34,139 bases of DNA, from IMG/VR virus record IMGVR_UViG_3300025251_000041, positions 1 to 34,139 of that record. The stretch is one strand, 5' to 3'. Source of the DNA: a virus (taxonomy: Duplodnaviria; Caudoviricetes). The notes below the pieces were generated by a model that saw only the letters and a list, made by a program, of their open reading frames with translations, made no database searches and was not told the origin of the DNA. The stretch's first letter is position 1; the number at the start of each line of letters is the position of its first letter. This document shows, one piece after another, positions 27,077 to 33,969 of the stretch. The position numbers were made by a program, and so were the translations under genes.

Positions 27077-28556
27077 GGTAGGTGCGTGGACCTTGCGTCA
27101 GCACCAGCAGGATGCGATCTCGGATCTCCGGGCGGCGATGGCGGGCGGCCGCAAGCACATCATTCTTCAGGCTCCATGCGGGTACGGGAAGACGGTGGTC
27201 GCCTCGGCGATCATCTACCTGGCTCGTGCCAAGGACATGAAGGTGCTGTGTGTTGCGGACTCCCGCCAACTGGTCTACCAGTTGCACGAGAAGCTGACGC
27301 TGGCCGAGATACCCCACTCGATGCTGATGGCTGGGGAGGAGTACAGTTACTCGGACATCACGATCTGCACCAAGCAGACGTTGTTCTCCCGCTGCTACCA
27401 GCGTGAGTCCACGCCGAAGCCTGCTGCCGACTTGGTGATTGTCGACGAGGCTCACAAGGCCACGGCCAACGACTACCAGGTGATCCTCAAGGATTACCGT
27501 CAGGCTCACCACATCGGGTTGACTGCCACGCCCGAGGAGTGTGGTGGCTTCTGGGAAGAGATCATCGTGGGCGGGACGTATGGCGACCTGACCCCCGAGT
27601 TCCTTGTCCCGTGCCGTGTGTATATGCCTTGGGAGGTTGACATGCGTGGGGCGGCGACCAGCGGCAGGGACTGGACGAAGTCTGCGGTGGAGGAGCGGCA
27701 CAACACAACCAAGCTGGTGGGTGATGTCTACTCCAACTGGAAGCGGATTGCCGGTGACAAGAAGAGCGTGGTCTTTGCCAGTGGCGTGTCGCACTCGCTG
27801 CACCTGTGTTCGGTCTTCAACAAGAATGGAGTGAGTGCGGAGCATGTTGACGCCGAGACTCCGCAGCGATCCACGTCGTCTCGCAAGGGTCGTGAGGAGA
27901 TCTTCAACGGTCTGCGAGACGGTGACGTGCAGGTGATCTGCAACGTGGGTGTCTGTCGTGTCGGATGGGATGCGCCGTGGGTTGAGGCCGGGGTGCTGGC
28001 CTTCTCCACGAAGAGTCTCGTGCAGTACGTCCAGACCACGGGCCGGTTGTTCCGCAGGTTCCAAGAAAAGACTCACGGCTTGGTGATTGATCATGGCGGC
28101 AACGTGGCCCGGTTCGGGTGGCCGACCGAGGATCACGATTACGAACTGAAGCCGAGGGTGACTATCGAGAAGCGTATCAAGGAGAGGCAGGAGAACCAGG
28201 AGCCTCGCGAGTCTCATTGTCCCCAGTGTTCCTACGTCTGGGTGGGTGGCAGGCGTGGGGACTGCCCGATGTGTGGTCATCATCATGTCCGCACCGGCTG
28301 GCCCGAGTCGCTGGTGGATGCTGAACTCAAGGAGGTTGTCCGCAAGCAGTCGTGGCGTGGCGAGGAGCAGAAGGCGTGGGACAAGTGTCTGGGAATTGCA
28401 GCCAACACGGGTGGCAATCCGGCCACGGCCCGCGCCCTGTATCATCAGAAGACAGGGTTCTGGCCCCAAGCCAGCCTGCACAACTACATCCCGCACAGCA
28501 TGGGTCGCCATGAAGTGGATCGGATCATGTCGAAGTACCGCAGGGGGCGCAGGTAA
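27060..28556 (+). CDS. Superfamily 2 DExH helicase with C-terminal Zn ribbon (RadD/UvsW-like)
   Basis: APCGYGKT, IVDEAH, GLTATP, GWDAP, QTTGRLFR, DHGGN, CPQC..CPMC. Confidence 0.92.
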   Translation: MPTTLEVGAWTLRQHQQDAISDLRAAMAGGRKHIILQAPCGYGKTVVASAIIYLARAKDMKVLCVADSRQLVYQLHEKLTLAEIPHSMLMAGEEYSYSDITICTKQTLFSRCYQRESTPKPAADLVIVDEAHKATANDYQVILKDYRQAHHIGLTATPEECGGFWEEIIVGGTYGDLTPEFLVPCRVYMPWEVDMRGAATSGRDWTKSAVEERHNTTKLVGDVYSNWKRIAGDKKSVVFASGVSHSLHLCSVFNKNGVSAEHVDAETPQRSTSSRKGREEIFNGLRDGDVQVICNVGVCRVGWDAPWVEAGVLAFSTKSLVQYVQTTGRLFRRFQEKTHGLVIDHGGNVARFGWPTEDHDYELKPRVTIEKRIKERQENQEPRESHCPQCSYVWVGGRRGDCPMCGHHHVRTGWPESLVDAELKEVVRKQSWRGEEQKAWDKCLGIAANTGGNPATARALYHQKTGFWPQASLHNYIPHSMGRHEVDRIMSKYRRGRR

Positions 28557-28816
28557 TGAGCAGCGATTGCAGTCACACGGGCGAATACACGCTGGACACC
28601 ACCACTCTCTACGACAGTGAGCGGGAGACGGTTCTGACCTGCATGGAGTGCGGGGGAATCATCAGCAGGGAGCAGCACGCCGAGCGTATCGAGCGTCAGT
28701 GGAAGATGTTGGAAGGTACGAAGGGATCGGGGGGACCGTCGCCGGGGGGTCGCTTCAATCATTACGGTGACCCGGTGAAAGGTGGGTACTGGAAGTGCGG
28801 TGCCGACCAGACTTGA
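28556..28816 (+). CDS. Small Cys-containing (possible Zn-binding) protein
   Basis: CSH..CMEC; TAATG coupling. Confidence 0.6.
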   Translation: MSSDCSHTGEYTLDTTTLYDSERETVLTCMECGGIISREQHAERIERQWKMLEGTKGSGGPSPGGRFNHYGDPVKGGYWKCGADQT

Positions 28817-28834
28817 CTATGGGAGGAGCGAGGA

Positions 28835-29185
28835 ATGGCTGAAACAATGAGGAACAGGTGTCTTGTTGAGGGCGAGGTCCGGTCGATTGACGAGATCGCC
28901 TTCAAGAGCGGGACGGGATCACTCGCCTCGGTGGTGATTGCCCAGCCCGTGCAGAAGGGGCAGGAGTGGGTGGATAACCCAATCGAGTTCTCTGCCTTCG
29001 GCGCGTTGAAGGACGACCTGATTCGCAACTGCACGGTGGGCATGGTGATCTCGGTTGACGGGACAATTCAGGGGAGAGTCTACAATGGCCGCACCTACAT
29101 CAGTTTCCGGGCGAACAAGGTCGAGTTCCTCAAGTCCGAGCAGCAAGTCCTCGACGGACTCGGCGAAGAGGAGGCCCCTTTCTGA
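28835..29185 (+). CDS. ssb: Single-stranded DNA-binding protein
   Basis: OB-fold pattern (NRCLVEG, AFG.L, GMVISVDG.IQGR.Y, ANKVEFL) and acidic C-terminal tip EEEAPF; SD GGAGG. Confidence 0.8.
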   Translation: MAETMRNRCLVEGEVRSIDEIAFKSGTGSLASVVIAQPVQKGQEWVDNPIEFSAFGALKDDLIRNCTVGMVISVDGTIQGRVYNGRTYISFRANKVEFLKSEQQVLDGLGEEEAPF

Positions 29186-29213
29186 GTACCTGAGCCTGTG
29201 CGAGGACCAGGAT

Positions 29214-29435
29214 GTGCCGCCCGACCCCGAGACGCTGGCCGAGTGGCAGGCGTTTGACCAGCGGTTTCCCGAGGAGTCGTGGCGGTTCAAGCCTACCGAG
29301 GGGAACATGGACTTGATCGAGGAGCCTCCGCTGATCGAGCGTCCGGCACAGCGTCGGTTGTTGTATACTCTGGGTCGGGACGCCCGATTCCGGGCGGAAT
29401 TGCAGGAGGCACTGGGCATTGAGGCGGGATCGTGA
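29214..29435 (+). CDS. Hypothetical protein (start uncertain, GTG 29214 proposed)
   Basis: Fills the gap between ssb and the next gene; AGGA 8 nt upstream of the GTG. Confidence 0.5.
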   Translation: MPPDPETLAEWQAFDQRFPEESWRFKPTEGNMDLIEEPPLIERPAQRRLLYTLGRDARFRAELQEALGIEAGS

Positions 29436-29841
29436 GGCGGTGCGTCGTTATCTGGAGGAGAATCCAGAGGATGAACTTCGTCCTGTGGCGCGTGGCGACG
29501 GGTGGCGTGCGGTTGCGAGGAACTGGCTGGGTCCACCGAAGTGGGGGTCGGAGGTTGTCCACCACATCATCAGGTGCATGGGTGGCAAGTACGACATCCC
29601 GAGCCTGATGGTGACGGTGGACGCGGTGACTCACGAGTGGGTCCACAAGTGCCCCAAGCACGGGGTAGTGGGCGCGTTGTGCGTGAAGGCCAGGAAGGGC
29701 GAGTTCGACCGGGAGCATGTGAAGGAAGTGACGGGCCGGGATGTCATCGCGGTCGTCGACTACTGGGTGGACAGTGGGCAGATACTGGACCCCTACTACG
29801 TCGAGCTTTCTGAGGAACTGATTGGCATGGTGTCTGAATGA
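29419..29841 (+). CDS. Degenerate HNH-like protein
   Basis: VHHII..GG..D..LMVTVDAVTHEWVH resembles HH..NL..LC..CH..VH with Asn and Cys replaced; SD AGGAGG before TTG. Confidence 0.5.
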   Translation: MRRDREAVRRYLEENPEDELRPVARGDGWRAVARNWLGPPKWGSEVVHHIIRCMGGKYDIPSLMVTVDAVTHEWVHKCPKHGVVGALCVKARKGEFDREHVKEVTGRDVIAVVDYWVDSGQILDPYYVELSEELIGMVSE

Positions 29842-30212
29842 GTGTCATGCTGGTGATCACGCTGCCGTTGCCGCCGAAGGAACTTAGCCCGAACACTCGG
29901 GTGCATTGGGGCCGGAAGGCGAGGGCCACGAAGAAGTACCGTCTGGTAGCCACGGTGGCCACGGACCTGGCACTGAGGGAGCAGGGAGGGGGTGGTGATT
30001 ACGGCAGGGCCAAGGTGCAGGTGGTTCTCTACAACAGGACGGCCCATCGGAGGGACGGTGACAACCTGATTGCCACGATGAAGTCAGCGTTTGACGGGAT
30101 CGCCGACGCACTGGAAGTTGACGACAAGGAGTGGTCTCACAAGTACCCGATCCAGAAGACGGACAAGGACGATCCGCGAGTCGAGGTTCATCTGGACCCA
30201 AAGACCAAGTAA
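29838..30212 (+). CDS. rusA: RusA-like Holliday junction resolvase
   Basis: LPLPP..LSPN, RRDGDNL...K..FDGIADAL.VDD, PRVEV. Confidence 0.85.
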   Translation: MSVMLVITLPLPPKELSPNTRVHWGRKARATKKYRLVATVATDLALREQGGGGDYGRAKVQVVLYNRTAHRRDGDNLIATMKSAFDGIADALEVDDKEWSHKYPIQKTDKDDPRVEVHLDPKTK

Positions 30213-30388
30213 TCTAGGGTGACATCAAAAGCCTTGGCGAGCCGGGCGGCGTAGTTCAGTGATGGCTCCTGCCGCCCCGATTCCCAAAGCGAGACAACTG
30301 GCTGGCGTGTCCCGACCAGCTTGGCAAGTTCCTCCTGCGTCATCGCAAGGGACATGCGTTCGGTGGCGATCCGCTCAGCAATGGACAT
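30188..30388 (-). CDS. XRE-family (Cro/CI-like) HTH transcriptional regulator
   Basis: MTQEELAKLVGTRQPVVSLWESGRQEPS....LAKAFDVTLDYLV. Confidence 0.9.
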   Translation of the reverse strand: MSIAERIATERMSLAMTQEELAKLVGTRQPVVSLWESGRQEPSLNYAARLAKAFDVTLDYLVFGSR

Positions 30389-30495
30389 TCAGCGAACCTT
30401 GAAGGATATAACGGGAGCAGGCGTCCGTGCCTGCCCCCGGCACACCGTAGCATCCTGCGTGGGTGTTGCAAACATACTCTAACGGAGATCCAAGG

Positions 30496-30696
30496 ATGGT
30501 CAAAATCAATGGCAAGCACCCGTTCTGGGGCATTCTGAGAATCGCGGTGATCTTCACCGGGTTGACAACATTTCTCTGGATGAACGCCTCCAACTTCGAC
30601 AAGGGGGAGATCACCACGATCCTGGAACTTCTGCTGGTGGTGGGTGGATTCGAGGCAATCAAGCACAAGATCCAGAATGGCAAGTCATCTGGTTGA
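30496..30696 (+). CDS. Small two-TM membrane protein, holin-like (66 aa)
   Basis: Hydrophobic segments WGILRIAVIFTGLTTFLWM and ITTILELLLVVGGF with a basic C-terminus; GGAG 8 nt before ATG 30496. Confidence 0.6.
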   Translation: MVKINGKHPFWGILRIAVIFTGLTTFLWMNASNFDKGEITTILELLLVVGGFEAIKHKIQNGKSSG

Positions 30697-30727
30697 CGTT
30701 ATAATCCTATGGAGGTACGATTCCGAC

Positions 30728-31666
30728 ATGCAGAGACCATATTCCATACTGGCTGCACTGGCTCCGGTTCTGGTTTATGTGTGGGCACCCTTGGTGTCTC
30801 CACCGGAGTCACCGGAGGCCAAGCGTGCGACGGTGCGTATCGTCTCAGGCGGCGGATGCACCCTGATCCATTCCGATGGGTCGACCGTGTACGGAGTCAC
30901 GGCTGCTCATTGCGTGGGCAAGGTTGGCTCCAAGGTGGTGCTGAAGATCGACGGCAAGGCTGCGTCCGGCAAGGTTGTTGCCGTGGACAACAAGGATGAC
31001 CTGGCCCTGCTGTCCGCTGCCAGCGGGTACTCGCAGGTTGCCACGGTCGCCACGGTTCCGATCCATTCCAAGCCGTTCTACACGATCAACGAGCGTGGCC
31101 GGTTTGAACTGGGAGTGAAGTCCGAGGGTGAACAGCGGTACGACTTGGTGAACCGGAGGATGTACCTGCGCCGGGTGTTCACCGTCTTCGATGGCGTGTG
31201 CCGTGCCGGTGACAGCGGGACGGGCGTGTTTCAGGGTGACAAGCTGGTTGGCGTGGTGACGCACGGAGGCCGGGTTGGTGACAGCAAGCTGTTGATGTCC
31301 CCGACTCAGCCGGTTCTCATGGCCTTCCTGCACAAGGCCCAGCAGATGGCTCCCATCGACGGTGACTACCGCAGTTGGGGCGACAAGGACAGGACGCGGG
31401 AGATCCTTGAACTGAAGAAACGCCTCGACGCATTGGAGGATGGCAAGCCTGCTGCGCCGGGTAAGGCTGGCGAGCGTGGCCCAGCGGGGGAGCGTGGGCC
31501 AGCGGGAGAGCCGGGTTCTGCTGGCGAACAGGGGCCAGCAGGACAGCAGGGACCGGCTGGTTCGACCGCCGACAATACCGCCTTGGTTGCGAGGATCGAG
31601 GCATTGGAAATGTGGAAACGAAACTTCCGGGCCATCGTTAGGGTCCGGGTGACACCCAAGGAGTAG
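30728..31666 (+). CDS. Signal-anchored trypsin-like serine protease fused to coiled-coil / collagen-like stalk
   Basis: Hydrophobic N-terminus; TAAHC, DDLALL, GDSG catalytic triad motifs; 12 G-X-Y triplets flanked by LKKRLDALE and LVARIEALE; SD GGAGG 30711-30715. Confidence 0.85.
   Translation: MQRPYSILAALAPVLVYVWAPLVSPPESPEAKRATVRIVSGGGCTLIHSDGSTVYGVTAAHCVGKVGSKVVLKIDGKAASGKVVAVDNKDDLALLSAASGYSQVATVATVPIHSKPFYTINERGRFELGVKSEGEQRYDLVNRRMYLRRVFTVFDGVCRAGDSGTGVFQGDKLVGVVTHGGRVGDSKLLMSPTQPVLMAFLHKAQQMAPIDGDYRSWGDKDRTREILELKKRLDALEDGKPAAPGKAGERGPAGERGPAGEPGSAGEQGPAGQQGPAGSTADNTALVARIEALEMWKRNFRAIVRVRVTPKE
31460..31567 (+). repeat. Collagen-like (G-X-Y)12 repeat
   Basis: GKA GER GPA GER GPA GEP GSA GEQ GPA GQQ GPA GST. 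Confidence 0.95.
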
Positions 31667-31670
31667 AGAC

Positions 31671-31871
31671 ATGCCGAGTTCTGTTGATTTGCAATCGTTG
31701 CTCGAGGCTGCGGCTGGTGAGCGGATCGGTCGGGCAAGTGATGCGAGCCAGGTGACGCTCGTGATGCTGGACCGTGTCTTCACCAAGACGTTGAGCGAGC
31801 CTGACGTAATGGAGTCGGCTGCTGCCCGGCAGTTGCTCATGCGTGAGGCTCCGATTAACCCGTCAGCCTGA
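31671..31871 (+). CDS. Small helical protein (66 aa)
   Basis: SD AAGGAG; TGATG coupling to the next gene. Confidence 0.75.
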   Translation: MPSSVDLQSLLEAAAGERIGRASDASQVTLVMLDRVFTKTLSEPDVMESAAARQLLMREAPINPSA

Positions 31872-32101
31872 TGCTGACGACTGAGGATCAGCGGGCCGAG
31901 GCGAGGCGGCTCGTGGAATTGGACGAGCGTGGCCGTTTGATTGAGGCGGTCGCGCTCGCTCTCCGCATCGGCGACGACCAGGAAGCGGCCATGTCGGACC
32001 TCGCCAGCATGGACCGGGAGTACGTTGAGGAAATTTCCGATGGACGACGCAGCGCAAGCGGTCTATCAGTCGAAGTCGAGGCAGAAGAGCCTGCTGGCTA
32101 A
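31871..32101 (+). CDS. Small acidic helical protein (76 aa)
   Basis: Translationally coupled; Glu/Ala/Arg-rich. Confidence 0.65.
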   Translation: MLTTEDQRAEARRLVELDERGRLIEAVALALRIGDDQEAAMSDLASMDREYVEEISDGRRSASGLSVEVEAEEPAG

Positions 32102-32435
32102 CGTCTGGTCGCATGATGTCGTTGAGCGTCTGAAGATCAGGAGGCGTGTGATGGCCAAGGAATGCGGTCTCGGTGACATTGATGTCGGGACGTACCCGAG
32201 TCACCCGGCGACGATTGTCAACCAGTCGAGCAGCCTGTTGCCCATCATGGCCGGGTTGGGAATCCTTGGTGGCGGGTTGGCCGGTGGCATGGGGTTGGCG
32301 GGAGCCTTCGACAGCGGTGATCCCGTGCCAGTCGTTGCACCTGCGGTGATCGAGAAAACCGGCGGTCCCATCGAGTTCGACTTGGAAATACTCGGTACTG
32401 AGGATGGCATCAAGGCCCGAGTCCTCGACGAGTAA
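32040..32435 (+). CDS. Glycine-zipper membrane protein (131 aa)
   Basis: GAGGA 8 nt before ATG 32040; LLPIMAGLGILGGGLAGGMGLAGAF segment with GxxxG spacing. Confidence 0.7.
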   Translation: MDDAAQAVYQSKSRQKSLLANVWSHDVVERLKIRRRVMAKECGLGDIDVGTYPSHPATIVNQSSSLLPIMAGLGILGGGLAGGMGLAGAFDSGDPVPVVAPAVIEKTGGPIEFDLEILGTEDGIKARVLDE

Positions 32436-32755
32436 TGGACCCGCCTGGACCCACAGCGTACGAACCGGCGTGGTCGGAGTACCTCGCTTGGAAGTGGGGC
32501 GGCGAGGCGGAACACCGGACTGTCGATGGCAGCAGGGTGGACGTGCTGACCGATGAGTTCGCATGGGAAGTGGAGTGGGTGAAAAAGTGGAAGGAATCCA
32601 TCGGCCAAGCCCTGCTCTATGGCGTCGTCACCGGGCGCACGCCGGGCGTCGTGCTGCTGCTGCGGCGGAAGCCAGGCGAGGCGGTGTACTTCCTGCGCGC
32701 GTCCATTGCGTGCCGTGAAGCGGGCGTGACGTTGCGGACTTGGCGTACCCGTTAA
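32435..32755 (+). CDS. Small PD-(D/E)XK-like nuclease
   Basis: E...DGSRVDVLTDEFAWEVE...KWKESIGQALLY pattern; TAATG coupling. Confidence 0.65.
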   Translation: MDPPGPTAYEPAWSEYLAWKWGGEAEHRTVDGSRVDVLTDEFAWEVEWVKKWKESIGQALLYGVVTGRTPGVVLLLRRKPGEAVYFLRASIACREAGVTLRTWRTR

Positions 32756-32756
32756 A

Positions 32757-32826
32757 AGGGGACGGGCGAGGACCGCTGGAGAGCCAGTCCTCGCCCATCG
32801 CGGCCCGTTACGTCCGCTTGTCCCCT
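32757..32826. terminator. Branched stem-loop at the convergence of rightward and leftward transcription
   Basis: AGGGGAC/GTCCCCT encloses GGGCGAGGAC/GTCCTCGCCC and GCGG/CCGC. Confidence 0.55.
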
Positions 32827-32841
32827 GCCACAATGGTAGCA

Positions 32842-32922
32842 CTACCACTCGTTGCGATCAACGAACGTCTCGACCGCTGCGATGCCAGCGAATATCAGCA
32901 GGATTATGGCTGCGGTTTGCAT
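32842..32922 (-). CDS. 26-aa single-TM peptide MQTAAIILLIFAGIAAVETFVDRNEW
   Basis: AGGAGG SD 7 nt upstream of the ATG; not in the ORF track. Confidence 0.55.
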   Translation of the reverse strand: MQTAAIILLIFAGIAAVETFVDRNEW

Positions 32923-32933
32923 CACTCGTCCTC

Positions 32934-33026
32934 CTACATAACGGGGAAACAATCGGACCCTCGCGCGCATTCGGTCAGGGTGAACAGTGCGGGCGAGGGC
33001 ATCACGCTAGAATTAGGTAGTGTCAT
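32934..33026 (-). CDS. 30-aa peptide MTLPNSSVMPSPALFTLTECARGSDCFPVM
   Basis: Preceded by the CCCGT..CTGGAGAA motif; its TAG overlaps the next SD. Confidence 0.4.
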   Translation of the reverse strand: MTLPNSSVMPSPALFTLTECARGSDCFPVM

Positions 33027-33213
33027 TTGCCTTTTCTCCAGTTTTACGGGTCATGGATTTGTGCCACATGATCATGCGTTGTGACCAGATCATCACTCGT
33101 TCGGCGGCTTTCTGCTGATGGGGCCAGTCGCTGCCATCCAGTTCCATCGCCAGGAAATCGGCGACATCGTGGATATCTCGTAGGATATTGATTGTGGTGT
33201 GGGGTCGTCTCAT
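33013..33213 (-). CDS. Hypothetical protein (66 aa), probable early gene
   Basis: ATGA overlap with 33210-33440. Confidence 0.6.
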   Translation of the reverse strand: MRRPHTTINILRDIHDVADFLAMELDGSDWPHQQKAAERVMIWSQRMIMWHKSMTRKTGEKANDTT

Positions 33214-33440
33214 TCAAAAACCTCCATGCAATGGTCAACGAAATCCTCCACGCCCTCGAAGTCGTCGGTATCCTCGACTCCGTAGTGGTCGGGGTCGACG
33301 AATTGCGTGACGCATTCCCAGCCGAATGGCCTGAACGTGAGTGCCCGATAGTTGCCGTTGTCACTCTGGTAAATCGCGGCGTCGAAGTCTGCCATATCGG
33401 TGAGCGCGTCCCAAACGGCAGCGTAGTATTGTCGTTTCAT
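33210..33440 (-). CDS. Hypothetical acidic protein (76 aa), probable early gene
   Basis: SD CAGGAG inside the conserved spacer. Confidence 0.75.
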   Translation of the reverse strand: MKRQYYAAVWDALTDMADFDAAIYQSDNGNYRALTFRPFGWECVTQFVDPDHYGVEDTDDFEGVEDFVDHCMEVFE

Positions 33441-33465
33441 CGTAGTTCTCCTGGTAACGGGGTTT

Positions 33466-33648
33466 CTAGTTGATTGATTCGATGGTCAACACCTGACCAT
33501 ACATCGACACTGCGCGCGTTTCCGATGTCCATTCGGCGATTCTGCCCAACCACTCGTTTGCCTTTTCCTGCGCGTCCTCTAGAGACATTGGCGGGTTGTC
33601 CAATTTGTGGCGGCCATCTTCAGCGCGGATGTAGATTTCGTATTCCAT
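33466..33648 (-). CDS. Hypothetical protein (60 aa), probable early gene
   Basis: SD TGGAG inside the conserved spacer. Confidence 0.75.
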   Translation of the reverse strand: MEYEIYIRAEDGRHKLDNPPMSLEDAQEKANEWLGRIAEWTSETRAVSMYGQVLTIESIN

Positions 33649-33674
33649 CGGTCGTGTTCTCCAGGGTTTACGGG

Positions 33675-33938
33675 TTACAGACTGGCAATCGCCACTGCGA
33701 TTGATTCGTATTCCTCAATCAGGGATTCGATGCGGCTGATCCGGTCCTGGTGCTGCTTGACGGCCTCAGAATGGATCGCCGGGTCGAGTGTGTAGTAGTC
33801 TCGCATGTGCGGGTACGATTCCCGCATCGCATCGGCAGCGAGTTTCAATGCGTTGACGGCATCGACCATTTGTCCCAGCAGACTGTTCTGGCCGGAACCG
33901 TTGGGATGTATTTCGGGGAGTGGCAATGGTGCTGGCAT
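33675..33938 (-). CDS. Hypothetical protein (87 aa), probable early gene
   Basis: SD TGGAG inside the conserved spacer; P.IH.NG and PH.RDYY motifs. Confidence 0.8.
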   Translation of the reverse strand: MPAPLPLPEIHPNGSGQNSLLGQMVDAVNALKLAADAMRESYPHMRDYYTLDPAIHSEAVKQHQDRISRIESLIEEYESIAVAIASL

Positions 33939-33969
33939 GGTCGTGTTCTCCAGAGTTCAAACGGGGTTT

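Larger units (their letters stand above)
33441..33969 (-). repeat. Conserved 25-31 nt intergenic / start-associated motif (copies at 33441-33465, 33649-33674, 33939-33969; a fourth at about 33027-33050)
   Basis: CCCGT-N(3-7)-C[T/A]GGAGAA core; CTGGAGAACACGACC is identical in two copies. Confidence 0.8.

Noticed and set aside
26979-28511. 510-aa antisense ORF (also 24539-25915, 2262-3284, 17783-18769, 30845-31840)
   Set aside because: Shadow frames opposite well-supported genes; expected from GC-rich codon bias; no motifs or SD
29165-29216. prfB-like +1 frameshift from ssb into the next ORF (AGGAGG..CCT TTC TGA)
   Set aside because: tRNA-Phe cannot re-pair well on TCT, SSB ends in a normal acidic PF tip, and a GTG start with SD exists at 29214
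30693-30705. TTGACG-T-TATAAT as a -35/-10 pair
   Set aside because: Only 1 nt apart; the TATAAT could still act with ATGGCA at 30677-30682, but this is weak
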